Below are positions 56,815-64,000 of a stretch of DNA of 64,000 nucleotides, one piece after another. Each line of letters begins with the position of its first letter. Positions within the stretch are counted from its first letter, which is position 1. The notes under the pieces were generated by a model that worked only from the letters and a program-made list of their open reading frames with translations, was not told where the DNA came from and made no database searches. Source of the stretch: Azolla caroliniana (lineage: Eukaryota; Plantae; Polypodiophyta); assembly GCA_043228905.1 (NCBI GenBank), contig JBHGNT010000015.1:18786001-18850000 (forward strand), given 5' to 3'. The translations under genes were made by a program, and so were the position numbers.

Positions 56815-59800
56815 ATGAGGGCTACGTATGTAAATAGACAGAAAGTTGTGTAAGTATATACGCAACTAGGGAAAACTTTAACTGTGTGACGAACAGAGTA
56901 GAAACTGAAGTAGTTGTGTGCAAGAGAGCGAGAGAGAGAGTGTGCGTGTGAGCCGCGCCATAGCTGTGTGAGTAACAACAGACGCGAAGAGCCCTGTGCG
57001 GCTGATACACTCGATAGAGTGTTGTATTCCTCTCGGTATTGTATATCCACTTTGTATAGTGAAGATTCTCCGTGGTTTTCCCCGTTTTAGGGGTTTCCAC
57101 GTAAATATCTGTGCACCATTGTTCATCTTGTTTTTCTTGGCATATTTCTGTGATTCGTATTTCAGCACGTAGTTCATTTATTGTGATCTATTCCGCAATG
57201 ATTTCTCGACAAACTGGTATCAGAGCTTGAGGTGCAAGCATGGAAGGAGGTGTTAGCGGTTTCCTAGGTATGATAGTTCTGAACTCACAGAACTATGCAG
57301 ACTGCAAGATAAAGATGGAAGATCTTCTCATAGGAAAAGACCTGTATGAGCCAGTCGATAGAGCAGAAATACCCAGGGGAGTATTGGAGTTGGACTGGAA
57401 GCTCCTAAACAGAAAGGCCGTGGTCACTATCCGATAATGCATCGATGTAAGTGTCCTTCAACATGTGGCGAACGACACAAATGCTTATGAGATGTGGTTG
57501 AAGTTGTCGGGTCTGTACGAGAGGAAGAACGCGTTAAACAGAACCTCGCTAATGAGAAAAATCATACGGCTGAAATACAGAGACGGTGAGAGCATCATCG
57601 AACACATCAATACATTTATGGGGTATGTAAATAAACTTGCTACGACCAAATCTCCCCTGGATGATGCAATGCAGGCCATCCTACTGATGTGCACACTGCC
57701 GGAAAGTTGGGAGAACCTGGTGGTTACTCTCAGCACCTCCTGTCAAGAAGAGAACTTGTCTTTACAGACGGTGAAGACAAGCATCCTATACGAGGAGGCA
57801 AGGAGGAAAGACAAAGGAGTCTTGTCCCAAACGGAGTCGAATTTGACTCAACATATGGACAAAGGAAGGGACCGGCGAAGAAGAAGTCCGCAGCGAACAG
57901 ACAAATCCCCAACCAGATCGAAGTTCAGAGATAAGCCTGAGTGCTTTTATTGTGGAAAACCTGGACACTTCCAGAAGGACTGCCGACACATGAAGAAAGA
58001 TAAGTCTGTCGGAAATAATGTCGAACCTCGGAAGATTCCGGATGAAAACAACACTTCGGCCATCGCTACGAGCAATGAAGAAATCCAATTCATTGGTGAA
58101 CAGACGAGTGCAAATCTTGCGAGTGAAGATTGCACGTGGGTGATCGACTCCGGTGCATCCTTCCATATTACTCCGTCGAGAGTATTTCTCGACTTACATA
58201 GCCGAGGATCATGGTTATGTAAAGATGGGTGATAATGGAGAGTGCAAGATAACCAGAGTCGGAAGTGTATGCTTAACGACGTCGACAGGGTGTCGACTGA
58301 CGTTGAAGGATGTTCGACACGTCCCCGATATCAGATTGAATCTTATATCAACTGGAAGTCTTGATGACGAAGGCTACATTGGTAGCTTTCAGAATGACAA
58401 GTGGAAGTTCTGCCGAGGAAATCTCATAGTGGCCCGAGCACAGAAAGAAGGCACATTGTACATGATGCATGCCCGACTGTGCAAATCGGAAGTAAACGTG
58501 GCAACCGACTTGGCAGGGGAGATATGGCATAAGAGTCTAGGCCACATGAGTGAGAAGGGAATGCACCTATTAGCAGACTAGAAACTTCTACCAGAAGTCA
58601 AGGGAGTGCACTTGGAGAAGTGGGTCGACTACTTAGCCGGAAAGCAGAACAGGGCGGCATTCCACACAAGACCACCAAGGAGAAGAGATGTTGCACTGGA
58701 ACTAGTACACACAAATGTGTGCTATGTGGATGCTCGAGGATAGTACTTTGTAACGTTTATTGACGACTAGTACACATGAACTAGTACACATGAATGTCGC
58801 ATCGAGGAGGACAGTACTTTGTAACGTTTATTGACAACTACAGTCGGAAAACATGGGCCTTCGTACTGAAGTAGAAGGATCAAGTATTGTCGGTTTTCAA
58901 GGAGTTCCAAGCAAGAACTGAAAGAGAGTCAGGTCGGAAACTGAAGGTTGTCCGAACTGACAACGGTGGTGAATACAAAGGGCAGTTCGAAGAATACTAC
59001 AAGTGCCAAGGTATTCGAATTGAATACACAGTACCAAAGACCCCATAGTTGAACGGAGAGAGTGAGGAGCATGCTCTCTCATGCGAAACTGCCAAAATCC
59101 TATTGGGCTGAGGCGATGTACACAATTGTTTATCTGATCAACAGGTCTCCCTCGGTACCTCTAAAGGGTGATGTCCCACAGAGGGTGTGGACAGGGAAGG
59201 ATGTCTCCTACCAACACCTGAGGGTTTTTGGATGCTTGGCGTATATGCATGTACCAAAGGATCAGAGGTCAAAGCTCGACAGCAAGTCGAAAGCATTCAT
59301 ATTCATGGGATACTCAGAAGATGAGTTCGGCTACAAGTTGTGGGACTTAGTTGATAAGAAGGTAGTGAGAAGTCGGGATGTCGTCTTTCTTGAAGATAAG
59401 ACAATTGAAGACTGGAAGCAACAGAAGTCAAAACCAACTCCCCCGTCAACCTCGACTAGTATCGACTTAAGGCCAAATGTGTCGTCACCGGCAGCTGTAA
59501 GGAGATAGTTGGCCAACAGAGCCGAATCTAAGTCGGTTGACTCGGAAAGACCGAGAGACTATGACTCAAAGTCAGCAGACCTGCTAAAATCAATTGAGGA
59601 ATATGAGTTAGAGTTGTCCAACCTGGAGATGCCGATTGATGAGCAAAATGCCAAGCAAAGCGAAGAGTTGGCAGAGACATCCGAAAGAGAGCCAACAACG
59701 AGTGGACGAAGGTACCCATTCAGAGAAAGGAAGGCACCGACTACATATGCCAGTCAATACGTCCTCCTGACTGATGACGGTGAACCAAAGTGCTATGCAG

Positions 59801-61923
59801 AAGCCATTGCCGACAAGAGCAGAGGAAAATGGTTGAACGCGATGCAAGAGGAGATGGAATATTTGCATGCGAATTACACCTACGACCTAGTAGAACCGCC
59901 GAAAGGTAAGAGAGCACTGAAGAATAAGTGGGTCTACAGGGTGAAGACTGGAGAAGTTGACAGCGAGCCCAAGTATAAAGCCTGCATAGTGGTGAAGGGT
60001 TTCCAACATAGGAAGGGTGTCGAATTTGACGAAATATTCGCACCAGTCGTGAAGATGACATCCATACGAACTGTTCTGAGCATAGTGGCCAGCATGGATC
60101 TGGAGGTCGAACATTTGGATATCAAAACCGCATTTCTGCACGGGGAGCTAGAGGAAGAAATCTACATGCAACAATCTGAAGGCTTTGAGGAAAAAGGGAA
60201 AGAGAATCTGGTGTGTCGACTGAGGAAAAGCTTGTACGGATTGAAACAAGCTCCACACCAATGGTACAAGAAATTCGAGTCCTTCATGATGGAACATCGG
60301 TTCCAGAAAACACAAGCCGATCACTGTGTGTTCGTCAAAAGGTACGAGGAAGGAGATTTCTTGATTCTCTTGCTATATGTTGATGATATGTTGATAGTAG
60401 GTCAAGACACAAGATTGGAAGCTTGAAGAAATCTCTCGGCAAATCATTTGCCATGAAAGACCTTGGACTAGCAAAGCAAATCCTAGGAATGCACATAACC
60501 CAAGACAGAGCTCGAAAGGTGCTATGGTTGTCACAACAGAAGTATGTGACGAAGATCCTAGAGAGGTTCAACATGTCGAACGCAAAGCCAATCGGCTCAG
60601 TGTTGCTAACAAATTGCAGACTAAATGCGAAGCAATGTCCGAAAGGGCAGAAGGAGAAGGCTGAGATGAGGAAGATACCATATGCCTCAGCCGTCGGTAG
60701 TCTAATGTATGTTATGGTCTGTACGAGACCGGACGTAGCATTTGTTGTAGGAGCAGTAAGCCGATATATGAGTAATCCAGGGAGAGAACATTGGGTAGCG
60801 GTGAAGTGGATACTCTGATACTTGAAAGGCACCTCGGAGGTGAGCCTAAGGTATGGTGTTGGAAAACCTGTGCTGGAAGGTTTTACCGATTCAGACATGT
60901 CAGGAGATGCCGACTCGAGCCGATCCACGTCAGGATACGTGATGACCTATGCAGGGGGAGCAGTGTCGTGACAATCACGACTACAGAAGTCTATAGCCTT
61001 GTCGACTACAAAAGCAGAGTATATGGCAGCGGTAGAAACCGGAAAAGAGTTTATTTGGATGAGAAATTTTCTCACCGAACTAGGCATGAAGCAAAAGGAG
61101 TTCTTGGTTCATTGTGACAGCCAAAGCGCCATACACCTAGCCAAGAACGCGACATATCACTCCCGGACCAAGCACATACAGAGAGGTATCACTGGTTACG
61201 GGAGAGAGTCGAAGAAGGAGAATTTGGTCTTGAGAAGATCCATACTGACGACAATGGATCCGACATGCTGACAAAGAACCTATCTATGGACAAACTCAGA
61301 GTCTGTCGGCAAAATACAGGACTAACAGTTCTCCTCCAACAGGTGTGAAGGGGGAGTTTGTTGGGAAATATGTCCCTCCAGTGGGAGGAACATCCGACCG
61401 TCCGGAAAGACGACAGTCGAGGAGCCGAGTTGATGAGGGACTCGGCCGAGGCCGAAACCGGAATCGTGTAAATAGCCAACTCGGGAGACTATATCTGTAA
61501 ATAGTCTAAGTGTGCGCCCCATGAGGGCTACGTATGTAAATAGATAGAAAGTTGTGTAAGTATATATGCAACTAGGGAAAACTTTAACTGTGTGACGAAC
61601 AGAGTAGAAACTGAAGTAGTTGTGTGCAGGAGAGCGAGAGAGAGAGTGTGTGTGTGAGCCGCGCCATAGTTGTGTGAGTAAATAGCAAACGCAAAGAGCC
61701 CTGTGCGGCTGATACACTCGACAGAGTGTTGTATTCCTCTCGGTATTGTACATCCACTTTGTATAGTGAAGATTCTGTTCACCCGTGGTTTTCCCCGTTT
61801 TAGGGTTTCCACGTAAATCTCTGTGCACCATTGTTCATCTTGTTTTTCTTGGCATATTTCTGTGATTTGTATTTCAGCGCTTAGTTCGTTTATTGTGATC
61901 TATTCCGCAATGATTTCTCGACA
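56815..61923 (+). mobile_element. Copia-H: degenerate Tork-like element related to Copia-E, 5' LTR truncated
   Basis: Partial 5' LTR ~56815-57211; PBS 57215-57226; broken gag-pol 57240-61348; PPT ~61347-61356; 3' LTR 61359-61923. Confidence 0.92.
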
Positions 61924-64000
61924 CATTCTAGAACATTATAGAAATCTCTAAGCTATTCTATAGGAACTTATAAATAAGGGCATACATGTATTCTCAAATC
62001 AATTCGAATCAACACCAGTCTTTAGCTCTCATTACATATCTTGTATCCATTCTCTTTATTTCTGTATCTTAATACACCCATTCTTCTCTTAGCATTTCGT
62101 TCCTTTCTTCTCGTGTTCCCTTGTATCATTCTTCCATCACTCTATCTTTTATTCTTGGTTCTGACACAACTCACCAAGAAAAATCAAGCATTTTTTTGGC
62201 GTATTCAAGCGGACAAGGCTTTTACTCATCTGAAAGAGGCATTCACATCAGCACCTATCCTAGCACATATTGATCCCGAAAAGCCATTTACTATTGAGGC
62301 GGATGTGTCAGACTTCGCATTGGGGAGTATCCTATCGCAACCAGGCAAGGACGGGCAGACTCATCCAATCGAGGTTCACTCGAGGAAATTTATTGTTTCG
62401 GAGATAAACTATGAGGTGCATGACGAGTTACTGGCTGTGGTCGACTCATTTGAGCAATGGCATCATTTTCCAGAAGGATCGGCTGATCAAATTATCATTT
62501 ATAGTGATCACAAAAATCTCACATATTTTCAAACAACTCGAGTATTAAATAGACGACAAGCTCGGTGGGACCAATTTCTAACACATTTCGATTTCAAGAT
62601 CATTTTTCACCCCGGAAAACAACAAGGGAAAGCATATGCTTTGTCTCGGCATTCGTATCTAGCTCTTTGACCTGGAGATCCGGCCTTTGACCATCAAAAG
62701 TAGATTCTCCTTGGGCCATCAAAGCTACAAGCAACAACAATTTATGCCACGCCACTTGATTCTAGCCTTCTTGACACTATTCGGCAACAACTTCACTCTA
62801 ATGATTTTGCTAAGGATGTCTTAGCCCACATTGATTCAAGTCGTCCATCTTGCTCCACATTGCAAGGGTCATCTCAACATTATCAGGACTTCAAGTGGCA
62901 AGATGGTGTCAGGAACTACACGCTTCGATGAACAACGCTCGGCCGCAACCGAGCTTAGAATCATAAAACACAAAAAAACGGGGGAACAAATGCACGACAC
63001 AATGGAGAGAAGAGTACACAGAATGTTTACGTGGAAAACCCAAACACGGGAAAAACCACGACAGTCTACTGACTGCTAACTATCACTATGTAACAATATA
63101 CAATAGATGAACACCGAGGCAACGACCTCTTGTTCACTGTCTTCGCCACAGGTGGCGGTTACAACAAAGATGCGAACTCTTCGTCTCTTTCTTTCTCTCT
63201 CTCTCTCTCTCTGTACACTGTTGCGCTCTAATCTTGCACCAACAAGAAAGACAACTACAATCCTCATTCTCTGTTTGCCCTAAGTCATATTTATACTAAT
63301 ATGACTTTTTGGCTATTTACAAATATAGCCCCGATGGACTCTTAGAAACATATTTACAAATATGTCCCTTCATCCGGTGAGCACTTCTCACCGGACCTTC
63401 ACCATCCAGCTCTTGCTGGGTACTCCTCATCCGGTTCTCACCGGGTCTTCCGTAGCCGGGTACTCCTCATCCAGTTTCGGCCTCGGTCGAGTTTGCTCAT
63501 CAGTACTGTCCTTCTCACTTCCCATCCAGAGGGACCTCTTTCCTAACAGATGGTTTACTCTTTTACAAGAATCTCTTTTACGTCCCTGACGGGTCACCCC
63601 GACTTCAAGTGTTAGAACATTGTCATGATGCCTCCATGGCTGGACATTTTGGTATTGCCAAGCCCATTGAGCTGGTGAAACGTTCATTTTGGTGGCCTCA
63701 CGCACAAAAAGTTGTCGAAGATTACGTTCGCACATGTGACACCTGTTGTCGCGCCAAAATAACCAAGCATCATCCTTATGGCTTACTACAACCATTACCA
63801 CCTCCCAACAAACCATGGCAGTCTATTTCTATGGATTTCATTATGGATCTACCACCTTCCAAAGGCTTTGATAGTATTTTAACAGTAGTGAATCGGTTCA
63901 CAAAGATGGCACATTTTGTATCGTGTGTAAGACCATTAGTAGTGAAGAAATTGCAGATCTCATTATGCATGAGCTGTTTCGCCATTCTCCCAAATGATAT
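61924..64000 (+). mobile_element. LTR-like fragment followed by a Tf2/Tcn1-like chromovirus-type Gypsy RNase H-integrase pseudogene
   Basis: AFTSAPILAH..EADVSDFALG..YSDHKNL..LNRRQARW (62161-62906) and HCHD..AGHFG..CDTC..PWQSISMDFI (63554-64000). TATA/CT-rich LTR-like stretch at 61924-62166. Confidence 0.8.
62907..63548 (-). mobile_element. Copia solo LTR related to the Copia-E LTR
   Basis: TG..CA ends; TSD GATGG (62902-06 / 63549-53). The reverse complement shares GGCTATATTTGTAAATAGCC and AAGTCATAT..TATAAATATGACTTAGGGCAAACAG with the Copia-E LTR. Confidence 0.9.

Overview
Land-plant nuclear DNA, probably a non-flowering plant such as a fern or lycophyte (inferred from the TE repertoire, not proven). 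The first ~6.4 kb hold two convergent genes: the 3' exons of an LMBR1-domain (LMBRD2-like) gene (+) and an N-myristoyltransferase gene (-) with an intronless CDS and a 5'-UTR intron. Most of the rest is a deep nest of LTR retrotransposons. The Ty1/Copia elements include one intact, very young Tork/Tnt1-like copy (22414-27978). There is also a Tf2/Tcn1-like chromovirus fragment. The most notable part is five members of an unusual non-chromovirus Ty3/Gypsy group: two coding-type elements, one capsid-only non-autonomous element and two solo LTRs. All four insertions with both flanks intact duplicate a 4-bp CpG-centred palindrome (ACGT, CCGG, ACGT, GCGC). The three full elements have a tRNA-Trp primer site inside a covarying U5-leader stem and a covarying 3' hairpin with a palindromic loop before the PPT. 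Both coding elements show a predicted -1 frameshift (G_GAU_UUU_UAG) after the protease. One solo LTR carries a tRNA-like Pol III A/B-box cassette. All coordinates were read by eye and no searches were run.
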